A stretch of 64,000 bases of DNA. It comes from an uncultured Acidobacteriota bacterium (lineage in GTDB: Bacteria; Acidobacteriota; UBA6911). Shown piece after piece: positions 55,108-64,000 of the stretch (position 1 is the stretch's first letter; each line of letters opens with the position of its first letter). The stretch spans positions 352,001-416,000 of the forward strand of contig CAWHCF010000049.1 in assembly GCA_963827655.1 (NCBI GenBank), in the 5' to 3' direction. The position numbers were made by a program, and so were the translations under genes. The notes under the pieces are model-generated. The model saw nothing but the letters and a program-made list of their open reading frames with translations, was not told the origin of the DNA and did no database searches.

Positions 55108-56397
55108 ATGAGTCTTGCAAGGATCGTATTCTGCGCTGTTTCGATAATTCTGGGGCTGCCCCTCAAGGGGCAGGAGCCGGTGCCGGGCAATCCCGCCGAT
55201 GTTATCCGGGAGGGTCAAAATCAGAAGAGAGCGTTAAGAATCGTCGAGGGTGTCTATCAGGCGGTTGGTTTCGGCAACACCTTCATGGTGACCACGAGCG
55301 AAGGGAACGTGATCATCGATACCTCGCTCGCCGCGGGAGCTGCCCACCACGTTAAACTCCTCAAGGCCGAGAATGCCGGGCCGATCCGATATATCATTCT
55401 GACCCATGGGCACGGAGACCACACCGGCGGTGTGGGGCTGTGGAGAGAACCGGGCACCGCTATCATTGCGCAAAGAAACCATGTTGAATTCATGCACTAC
55501 CAGGCGCGACTGCACGGATTCTTCGGATTGCGTAATGCGGCACAGTTCGCTCTGCCCAGGCCGGCGGGCCGCGAGTGGCCCGGCAACTACGGCGCGAAGA
55601 TCGAGCCCAGCCTCTTGTTCGACGACAGACATGAGTTCACCCTCGGCGCGACCAAATTCGAGCTGTATCACACGCCGGGCGAAACACCGGATCATCTCAC
55701 GGTGTGGCTGCCGCAGAGTAAGGCCGCCTTCGTGGGCGATAACTATTACCAGTCATTTCCCAACATCTACACCTTGCGCGGCACGCAGCCGCGGTGGGCA
55801 TTGGACTACATCCATTCGCTTGACAAGGTCCTGTCGCTCAAGCCCGAGGTCGTTCTGCCGAGTCACGGTCCGCCTATCCACGGCAATGCGGAGATTACCC
55901 GCCTTCTGACGCGCTACCGCGATGCCGTTCAATACGTACACGACGAGACGGTGAAAGGGATGAACGCGGGCAAGGATGTTTTTACCCTGATGCGCGAGAT
56001 CAAGCTTCCCGCCGCACTGGATGTGGGTGAAGGTTACGGCAAGTTGAGCTGGTCGATACGAGGCATTTACGAAGGGTACGCCGGATGGTTTGACTTGAAT
56101 CCGGCCACGATGTACGAGGTGCCTTCGTCTTCTGTTCACGCGGACCTTGTAAGGCTTGCCGGCGGGGCTGGTGCCATTGTCAAGCTGGCGACGGAACGAG
56201 TCGAGGGCGGCCGGGCCGTCGAGGCATTACACCTGATCGAGGCCGCTCTGGCTGCTGATCCGGACAGCCGCCCGGCGCTCGAGGTCCGGCTCAAGGCGCT
56301 CCAGTCTCTTCGGGACCGGTCCCGCAACAGCAATGAGCGCGGGTGGCTGGATTACAGCATAGGCGTTACCAAAGGTAAGCTTGTGGGAAAACAATGA
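55108..56397 (+). CDS. Alkyl/aryl-sulfatase, MBL fold
   Basis: THGHGDH, PGETPD, FPNIYTLRG, PSHG, Y.GWFD.NP. Confidence 0.88.
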   Translation: MSLARIVFCAVSIILGLPLKGQEPVPGNPADVIREGQNQKRALRIVEGVYQAVGFGNTFMVTTSEGNVIIDTSLAAGAAHHVKLLKAENAGPIRYIILTHGHGDHTGGVGLWREPGTAIIAQRNHVEFMHYQARLHGFFGLRNAAQFALPRPAGREWPGNYGAKIEPSLLFDDRHEFTLGATKFELYHTPGETPDHLTVWLPQSKAAFVGDNYYQSFPNIYTLRGTQPRWALDYIHSLDKVLSLKPEVVLPSHGPPIHGNAEITRLLTRYRDAVQYVHDETVKGMNAGKDVFTLMREIKLPAALDVGEGYGKLSWSIRGIYEGYAGWFDLNPATMYEVPSSSVHADLVRLAGGAGAIVKLATERVEGGRAVEALHLIEAALAADPDSRPALEVRLKALQSLRDRSRNSNERGWLDYSIGVTKGKLVGKQ

Positions 56398-56489
56398 GGG
56401 AAAGGGTCCACCTCTCTTGACGGGCTTTCCCGCTGCGCTGGAGACGCGAATGTATTGAGGCTTGACGGCCGTTGAGAGGGTTGAGCGCT

Positions 56490-56912
56490 ATGGGACGAAG
56501 CGTATTGGCCGTGTTGCTGGGTGTCGTAGTTGGCGGTCTTCTGGTTGCAGCAGTCGAATTCGTGAGCCATTTGATCTATCCGCCGCCACCGGGCCTGGAC
56601 CCAGCCAACATCGAGGCATTGAAGGCGGCGATGGCGAACGCTCCGGCCGGTGCTCTTCTGTTTGTCCTGCTCGCATGGGCCTTAGGCAGTCTTGGGGGAG
56701 GCTGGCTCGCGGCGAGCATTGCGCGCCGCTCTCACACACGGCACGCCCTGATTGTGGGGGCAGTCCTGATGGCGATGGGAATCCTGAATATGGTGATGAT
56801 TCCCCATCCACCATGGTTCTGGCTTGCCGCGCTGGTACTTTTTCTTCCCGCCGCCTACCTGGGAGCGAGGCTGGCCAGGCCGGGAGTGCCGCCGGAAACC
56901 TCGCGTGCGTGA
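56490..56912 (+). CDS. Small 4-TM membrane protein
   Basis: Four hydrophobic segments; YPPPPG, IPHPPWF. Confidence 0.7.
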   Translation: MGRSVLAVLLGVVVGGLLVAAVEFVSHLIYPPPPGLDPANIEALKAAMANAPAGALLFVLLAWALGSLGGGWLAASIARRSHTRHALIVGAVLMAMGILNMVMIPHPPWFWLAALVLFLPAAYLGARLARPGVPPETSRA

Positions 56913-57254
56913 ACGATCCGGGCACATATTCCTTGCCCAAGAATCGGTTTTGGTCTACGTTACTCTCCAGCGCGGCGCCCAATTGGGATCGCGGCGAATG
57001 CCTATGATTGTCGTCTGATTTTGAGCAGGTTGTAGCCGGCTTCGGGCGGCGGAATGAACGCCGCTTGCCAGACGGTAAGGTCTGCTCAACCCTCCACTCG
57101 AAAAACACCAGCCATTTCCGGCGTTGTTCGCTTCGCGAGCAGCGGATCGCCTCGTCTACGTGACGAGGCTGGCTGCCCTGCTGTTGTGATCCGACAACCG
57201 AAACCAGAAATGGCAAAACAGAACATCGATTCTCTCAGACTCAGGAGACAGAAA

Positions 57255-58316
57255 GTGGCGACGCTCGAAGCATTAGGGTGGAATTCGTTTTTTGCGGAGC
57301 AAGCGCGCAGGTTTCCTGGCCTCGCGCCCGCGCGGGTGACGGTAGAGCACAAGCATTTCTATCGTGTCGTCGTGGAGTGCGGCGAGATGCGTGCGGAGGT
57401 GGCTGGCCGGCTGCGTCATCAGGCGACAGGAAGGGACGGCTTTCCGGCGGTGGGCGACTGGGTGCTCGTCCAGCCTCGGCCACTGGAGAAGCGCGCGACG
57501 ATTCATCGCATTCTTGATCGCCGAAGCAAGCTCTCGCGCAAGGCAGCCGGCCTCGAGACGCAGGAGCAGATCCTCGTCGCGAACATCAATACCGTGTTTC
57601 TGCTCCAGTCGCTCAACCGGGACTTCAACCCGCGGCGCCTGGAGCGCTATCTCACGATGGCGTGGGATAGCGGCGCGAATCCGGTTGTGCTGTTGACGAA
57701 GCTGGATCTCTGCCGGGACGTGAGGCCCTTTCTTGACCAGGTGGAAGTCGTTGCCGCCGGCGTCCCGGTTCATGCCTTGAGCGCGATCACCGGTGACGGG
57801 CTCGAAAGCCTCGACCCGTATCTCGGGATCGGCCAATCCGTGGTGATGCTGGGCTCATCCGGTGTCGGAAAGAGCACGCTGGTTAACCACCTCGCAGGCG
57901 CCCATCTCCTCGAGGTTGGGGAAATCCGGTACGACGATGATCGAGGCCGGCATACAACCGCACAGCGGCAGCTGATCCTTCTTCCGCGCGGCGGCATCGT
58001 GATCGACACGCCCGGAATGCGCGAGCTTCAACCGTGGGCCGCCGGACTCGATAGGACGTTTGCCGACGTCGAAGATCTTGCGCGCGAGTGCCGTTTCCGC
58101 GATTGCAAGCACGAAGCCGAGCCCGGTTGCCGCGTGCGGACCGCCCTCCAGGAGGGGATCCTCGATGCGGCGCGCTTTCACAGCTACCGGAAGCTGGGTG
58201 CGGAGTTGAAGTACCTCGAGCGCCGGCGCGACGCATTCGGCATGGCGCAAGAGAAAGAGAAGTGGAAAAAGATTCACAAGGCCCACAACAGGATGATGCG
58301 CGAGCGCGGCCGCTGA
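57255..58316 (+). CDS. rsgA: Ribosome small subunit-dependent GTPase A
   Basis: AVGDWV, TKLD, GSSGVGKST, GRHTT, DTPG, C.F.DC.H..EPGC. Confidence 0.95.
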   Translation: MATLEALGWNSFFAEQARRFPGLAPARVTVEHKHFYRVVVECGEMRAEVAGRLRHQATGRDGFPAVGDWVLVQPRPLEKRATIHRILDRRSKLSRKAAGLETQEQILVANINTVFLLQSLNRDFNPRRLERYLTMAWDSGANPVVLLTKLDLCRDVRPFLDQVEVVAAGVPVHALSAITGDGLESLDPYLGIGQSVVMLGSSGVGKSTLVNHLAGAHLLEVGEIRYDDDRGRHTTAQRQLILLPRGGIVIDTPGMRELQPWAAGLDRTFADVEDLARECRFRDCKHEAEPGCRVRTALQEGILDAARFHSYRKLGAELKYLERRRDAFGMAQEKEKWKKIHKAHNRMMRERGR

Positions 58317-58443
58317 ACGGACGAGTGGGCCGATCGTAACCATTTAGATGAATCTTGGTTACCGTTTGCCACCGGCGAACAGCGTGTCTAGTGGTCTTCT
58401 GTTTCGTGTCACTGCGTGGTCATCTTATGAGTCTTCGGCGACA

Positions 58444-61400
58444 TTACAGGCGGATTTCGGCCTCGCGGGCAGGCAGGATGCGCACCGGCCCCAGGAGCCC
58501 GGATGCGAGCAGCGGCGTGCTCTTATTCCAGCGCGCGTTGGTGCGCGCAAGCTCCGATGCTTCCGACAGCGCCTGACCGGTCAAGCGATTTGACCACGTG
58601 TTGGCCACTTCCACCTCCAGGCGGTTCGTGCCGGCGTCTGCCGCTTGAGTGATCTCGAGCCGGAACGGTCGGGTCCAGCAGATTCCTGCTTCTTTGCCGT
58701 TAAGGCGGAGGCGGGCGATCACGCGCACATCACCCAGGTCGAGAAACAGGCGCAGACCGGGTTCGAAAAGCTCACCAGGGAGGTCGACCGTCTTACTGTA
58801 AGTGGCGATTCCGGAGAAATACTTGATCCCCGGCTCGGTGTTTTCCGTCCATGACACCAGCCTCGGGAAAGTTGTCGAGACGGGCGCTCCCCAGCCCTCG
58901 CCGAAACGAACGTCCCACGGTCCGGCGATCTCAACTGCCGGAGGCATCCTGTCCAGCGTACAGTTCGACTGCCGACCGGCACGGACCCGGTAAGAGCCGG
59001 GACTGAACGAGAGCAGCTTCACGCGGTCTTGATCCGGCATCGACACTTCAACCGATGGGAGATGCTCGATCGCCATGTTGGCCGCGACCGCCTGTCCATC
59101 GCGGACAATTGTTAAAGGTTCCGAGTTCGTGGACCGGTCGAACACCACGAACGACGAGCCGAGGGGTGGGAGAACGAGTGGAACGCGCGTACCGCCGCCG
59201 TCGGCTCCGGATACGGGCAGCGGGTGCCTGACACCGGTCACGGGATCCCAGAGATTCGGCCGGCCCTTTTGCGCGAAAGACGCAATCAGCCGGGGCCCAT
59301 TCTTCGCCCTTGTTGCGGACGAAGTAGACGTCGCGAGGGCCGTCCCGGCGATGGATGTAATCGAGATCGATTTGGCCGCCACGGCCCGAGAAAGAGAAAT
59401 CCGGCCGCAATCCGCGGCGTCGCAGAATCTCGGCGATGGACACGCCGCAATAGACCATGCCCTTACCGTGCGCCCGCTCTCGGATCCGTACGCCATCGCA
59501 ATCGCCCCAGAGCCTGGAAGCAAGATCCCGCACCCTGGCGTCGCAATCGGGATAGTCCCTCAGGCCTGTGGCGCGCCGGGGCCTCGGCCCGGAAACAGTC
59601 GCGCCTTCGCGGACCAGTTGCTCGATCCGTTCGAGAACCTCGACATCCAGGTCGCGGCGATCAGGCAAGACGAGCACTTCGTAGCTCAAACCATCAGGGA
59701 GGACCAACCTGCGGTTTTTGACCACGATTCGGTTCAGGAGCGCATCCGAGTTCGTGGTGTCGAAGTCGTAGCCGGTGGGCAAGCCGATTTCGGCCGCGGA
59801 GCTTTTTTCAGGCGCGAAGTTGAAGCCCCGCTCGCCGTAGTAGTAGCAGATGTCGGCGACGAACAAGCCCTGCCGCAGGAACCAGGAGCAGCGGGCAAGG
59901 TAATCGAGAAACGGGTTGACCATTGGCCACCAGGTTTCGTTCGGGCCGAAGTGAGTGCCGGCGTGATAGACCCATCCAGGCTTGCCCGCCTGCTCGGGCA
60001 CGTGCGGCATGGTATGCCAGACGAAGTGATTGGCGCCGTCGCAGAAAGCGCGGTCGGCAATTTCTTTGATGTCACGTGGGCCGTCCTGCCAGTGCCGGAA
60101 GCTGGTGAATGCTTCCATTTGCACCAGAGGCCGGCCGTAAATGTGGGCTGCCGAAGCGGTCTCTTTCACCACCCAGGTCTGCCGTCCCTTCCAGAATTCG
60201 CCTCGGGGAATGTCCAGAGCGCCCTGGGCTCTGAGCGCATCGACGGGGACCTGGTGCAATGGCCAGCCGGGGCCGCCGGCTTCGGCGACCAGCTTCAGCC
60301 CGTACTCTGAAGCGGTCTCCCGGGTCACGCGGTAGAAGTTATCGATAAACAGGTCACTGACGGTGCGACGGTAATCGATGCGGAAGCGTTCCGACACGTC
60401 TTCGTCTGCAACTACGGCGCCCGCCAGTACCGGCAGATAGCGGCGCGGGTCGTAGCCGCGCCGGCGACGGAATTCCTCGATAAAGTTCGGAGTCCAGATC
60501 GAGCCACGGACCTCGTAGCTGCACGCATAAAAATACTTCAGCGCCGTCTTGCGAAGATCGCCCAGCTCCGCGCGCAGGCGCTCCAGCATATGCCGCGTGT
60601 GCATGCGGGCTGCATCCGCGCTGAAGTGATCGATAATGAAACCATCGGAGTGCGGGCTGGGGGCTTTCAGCTTTTCTCCGTTATTGGCCGCGATGAATCG
60701 GTACACAATCCATTTTCCGGCAGGGACGTCCCAGGTGAGGCGGTTGTGCGCGTCGAGACGGCTCGTCAGGTCCAGGATCTCCGATGGATCTCTGACCAGG
60801 GGAGGAGCCCCGCTCACGGCGGCCCAGCTACCCTCGGGGCCGGTCAACCGCCCATCATAGATATTTTCGGCCATCCACTCGCGCTCGAGGCCAGCCTCCG
60901 TGGTGAAGCGCACCAGGCCCCCGACCGTCTTGCGGCCGTCGGCCGTCTGGACTGTCACGACGTTGTGGCGTCGGCCGAGAACGCTTCGAACTCAGCCAGC
61001 GCCACGCGGCCACCGGGATCATGACCGGAGACGACGCGGAGCTTCAGGAACTTCGCGCGAGCGGGCGGAATCGTAAAGGATTGTGCTCCCGTGCGGGCCT
61101 GCAGGGTACCGCGAAATGCTTCACGGAAATCCGAGGCATCGCTTCCCGATTCCGAAGCGTAGATGACAAACTCTTTGACGGATGAGTCCGACGCGGCATT
61201 GTGCAGCGTCACGCGGTTCACGGTGTGAGTCCCCGGGGCGAGATCGAAGACGAAGTCGAAACCCGGCCAGCTCTCATCAGCCGAAAGTGCGAGCACGGCC
61301 ACGTCGTTGTAGTAGGCGGGCGAGCCGTCGAGGTTTCGCGGCACCGGCGCGGGAAGCTTCGGGAAGGGCAATACCTCGGAGAAAGTGGCAGGTCCCTGGA

Positions 61401-61836
61401 CGGTCATGCGCGACCAATACAGTCCCTTGCTTGCGTGGTTCGGGCCGACCCACGATCCGCCGGAGTTCCAACTGCTGGCGTTGGTAAGGCCGACTTCCAT
61501 GCCTAGACGTCCGGCTTCGCGCACGGCGTGAGCGATCGCCTGGAGAGACTCCGTCCCCATGTATGCAGGTCCGGCTGGCACGCGATCGCCCGCGCGAGCC
61601 CCGATTTCCAGGATGTAGACGGCGCTGATGCCTGCTTTCTTCAGCTCCTCCAGTTCGCGGGTCATGCTGCGCCTGTCGGTGAATCCATTCAGCCATACCC
61701 AGTAGGTGGACGGGCGCGCCTCCCAGGGCGGATCGGCGAAGTGGGATACGTCCGCGTCGGCGCGCAGTTGTCGCGCTGCCAGCAAGGCGCCGCCGGCAAT
61801 GAGAAATTCGCGGCGATTCAATCGGGTCTCCGCCAT
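58444..61836 (-). CDS. Tat-exported glycosyl hydrolase, GH106 alpha-L-rhamnosidase-like, with discoidin insert (frameshifted)
   Basis: NRREFL; F.DPP.EARP..YW.W.NG; SYE, GEFW, KETASAAHIYG, EAFT; LDLG.V, V.NTW.NRL, SGLLGPV. Confidence 0.85.
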
Positions 61837-62009
61837 GGCCTCGCTCAAAAATAGAAGCGCAACGCGCCTGGTGCTTCTTCGTGTCTTTCAGTCTTAACGG
61901 TATTTGTCAGACAGCTCCAACCACGAAGACACGAAGGAACACTAAGTCGGTTGGTTCATAATTACGCCGACGTATTGGGCAGAGTCGGAGTCGGCTGTGT
62001 TGTTGCCTA

Positions 62010-62190
62010 GGGCCGAAGGCCCGTCAGTGAGTAGCCCCGCCCGTAAGGGCGGGGTTTTCAAAGGGTCCCTGACACGAGGTCCGAAGGACCGGCACTCCGG
62101 CTGTGTCGCACCTTCGGCGCTCCTTTTTAATATTGCAAGTATGATCCCGGCCTTACGGCCGGGCCTACTCTCTGGCGGCCCTTCAGGCCT
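62010..62190. repeat. REP/BIME-like composite inverted repeat; core also present at 37090-37146
   Basis: ~45-bp imperfect terminal IR; CCCTGACACGAGGTCCGAAGGACCGGC..CCGGCTGTGTCGCA shared by both loci. Confidence 0.75.
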
Positions 62191-62258
62191 TACTGCCAAA
62201 ATACAGTCACCGTAATTGCGAACAGCAGCACTAAGGACGAATTTTTGAAGCTCTGTAC

Positions 62259-63299
62259 TCAGGTTGCGCTCCGCTGCATCTCTCGTCCGCTGTCGGGGAG
62301 GTTAAGCTTCCACCAGGATTCCGCGTGGGTTTGGGTCCAGCGGGCTCCCAATTCCACCTTATTCAATTCTTCCCAGAGTTCCAAGGCTGAAGAAGGCCTA
62401 TCCGTTGGCAGCTTTTCCAGGCAGGCGAGAACGATGTCGTCAAGAGTTGCGGGAATGTGGAGCTTGCACTCTTGCGATGGCGGGGAAGGTTTCCGCTGAG
62501 TATGCTCGAGCATCAGTTGGACCACGTTGTCGGCTTCAAAAGGAGGTCGTCCGGTCAGCATCCAGTAAGCCACGCACCCGACGCCGTACAAGTCCGCCCT
62601 GTGGTCCACCGCCTGTCCGAGGATTACTTCCGGTGCCGCGAAGGCAGGCGTCCCCACGAAGCCGCCGGTGCCGGTAACCGTCGTCTGCTCGCACGCTGCC
62701 CCCTCCTTGACCATTCCAAAATCCAGTACCTTGAGAAAGTCGTATTCGGAACCCATCTTGCACACGAAAATGTTGCCCGGCTTGATATCTCGATGGACGA
62801 GTCCGGCTTCGTGCGCCTCGGTCAGGGAACGGCACGTCTGTTGCAACAACATGGCGGCGAGCTGCATGGCCATCATCCCGGTATAGTGCATGGCGCCGAT
62901 TCCAAGACCCATCAACATGCCACTCAGCAGGAGAAGCGGAACACTCCACTGCTTCCGGCTCATCATCAACAAAACGACTCCTGCCGCCAGAACCGATGGG
63001 ATCACCGACAACAACGTTGTCTGGATATCGTAGGTGACAGGAATCGGCAGGCGCAGGGCCAGCATGCCGATGAAGTGCATTGCCCATACGCCCATTCCCA
63101 TAGTCGCGGCGCCGGCGACGAGCCAGGCGGCGAGGGTCGACGTTTTCTCCGATCCCTTAATGCGACCGGACAGTCCGAAGACCGCATAAGAGGCGATGGA
63201 AGCAATCACAACGGAGACTGCTACAAGCTCCGGGTTGTAGGAAGCTGGCAGGGCCAGGTCAACGGAAGAACTGCCGGTTAGAAACTTGATGGGAACCAG
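62259..63299 (-). CDS. MHYT membrane sensor (partial) fused in frame to a Ser/Thr kinase C-lobe
   Basis: SYNPELVAVSVVIA, WAMHFIGM, AMHYTGM; then HRDIKPGN, DFG, GTPAFAAPE; no Gly loop or VAxK. Confidence 0.7.
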   Translation of the reverse strand: MVPIKFLTGSSSVDLALPASYNPELVAVSVVIASIASYAVFGLSGRIKGSEKTSTLAAWLVAGAATMGMGVWAMHFIGMLALRLPIPVTYDIQTTLLSVIPSVLAAGVVLLMMSRKQWSVPLLLLSGMLMGLGIGAMHYTGMMAMQLAAMLLQQTCRSLTEAHEAGLVHRDIKPGNIFVCKMGSEYDFLKVLDFGMVKEGAACEQTTVTGTGGFVGTPAFAAPEVILGQAVDHRADLYGVGCVAYWMLTGRPPFEADNVVQLMLEHTQRKPSPPSQECKLHIPATLDDIVLACLEKLPTDRPSSALELWEELNKVELGARWTQTHAESWWKLNLPDSGREMQRSAT

Positions 63300-63643
63300 T
63301 TGCTGACTCCTTTCACGGCCATGCGGGAGGGCACATCAATCGGATACTCGACCTCGGTCGCATTTTGCAACTCTGATAGGAAGGGCTCCCTCTCCAGGGT
63401 CGAATCGACCATGAGAAGGTCTGTCCGGCATTCAGGTATTTCAGTTCCGCTATACGGCAGCATGCCGCATTATAACCCTGTCCGCTGGTTATGAGATGCC
63501 TGGACGGCCGAGGCCTGCCGCTGCAGGACAATCCAGATGCGTAGCCGACTTAATGTTTTTCCTGGTCCGGCGAACACGCCGGCCTTGGTCCAAAGCAGGC
63601 GTTGCAGGTAACGTAGCTCGGAGATCACGCGAGGGGGGATTGA

Positions 63644-63910
63644 GTGTCCTTTCTACTTAAGTGCCCTAATTGCGGTGAACGCAGCGTGTACGAATTTCGC
63701 TTCGGGGGAGAATACCGGCCGCGTCCCGCACGGGATGCGCCGGATTCTGCGTGGGTCGAATACGTGTATTCACGAGAAAACAAAAACGGCGTGCACCGGG
63801 AGTGGTGGTACCACCGCGACGGGTGCGGAGCCTGGTTTCTGGCCCAGAGGGACACGGTCACCAATAACGTTCTGACAACCGTATGGCCCGAGAGTGCCAC
63901 ACAGGATTAA
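63644..63910 (+). CDS. soxD: Sarcosine oxidase subunit delta
   Basis: CPNCGER...EF.FGGE, Y.REN..G...EWWYH..GC..WF...RDTVTN. Confidence 0.9.
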   Translation: MSFLLKCPNCGERSVYEFRFGGEYRPRPARDAPDSAWVEYVYSRENKNGVHREWWYHRDGCGAWFLAQRDTVTNNVLTTVWPESATQD

Positions 63911-63914
63911 TGCA

Positions 63915-64000
63915 TGAGTGAAAACGGCGTTCGACTTCCCGCGGCGCCCTCGCGACAGGTCGATTATTCCCGGAGAGTGACCTTCTATTTCGAGGGTCAG
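63915..64000 (+). CDS. Probable sarcosine oxidase alpha-type subunit, N-terminus (truncated by window)
   Basis: MSENGVRLP..VDYSRRVTFYFEG directly after soxD. Confidence 0.6.

Overview
GC-rich bacterial DNA. The gene repertoire suggests Acidobacteriota (Oar-type TonB receptor, TolB-N/TPR Ser/Thr kinase, DUF1080, Tat Gfo/Idh/MocA), but this is inference. Many genes are split by single-base indels, often in homopolymers, most likely long-read assembly error. The top candidate for a new system is at 1-15.6 kb. An operon there encodes a lasso-type B2 leader peptidase, a 59-aa precursor with an exact lasso leader (YxxPxLx3Gx5T) but a 7-8 aa core (G)FFGGFTP that has no Asp/Glu, an HPr-kinase-like kinase, a radical SAM/SPASM enzyme, a PqqD/RRE, a GNAT and a nucleotidyltransferase, with no lasso cyclase. 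The operon is flanked by two divergent, near-identical 7-bladed SBBP propeller genes whose N-termini carry a precursor-like KTWREPKL motif. Four neighbouring exported proteins share one unrecognised ~120-aa domain. A second candidate at 30.7-36.8 kb is a TIR/NDT-like + NDT-like-TPR + TPR-patatin conflict/defence module. Also present: a c-di-AMP riboswitch upstream of an SPFH gene, a MITE with TAA target duplication, several REP-like repeat families, a likely TA pair, odd fusions, and housekeeping/catabolic genes (acyP, apt, tmk, rsgA, soxD). All calls come from reading motifs by eye; no searches were run.
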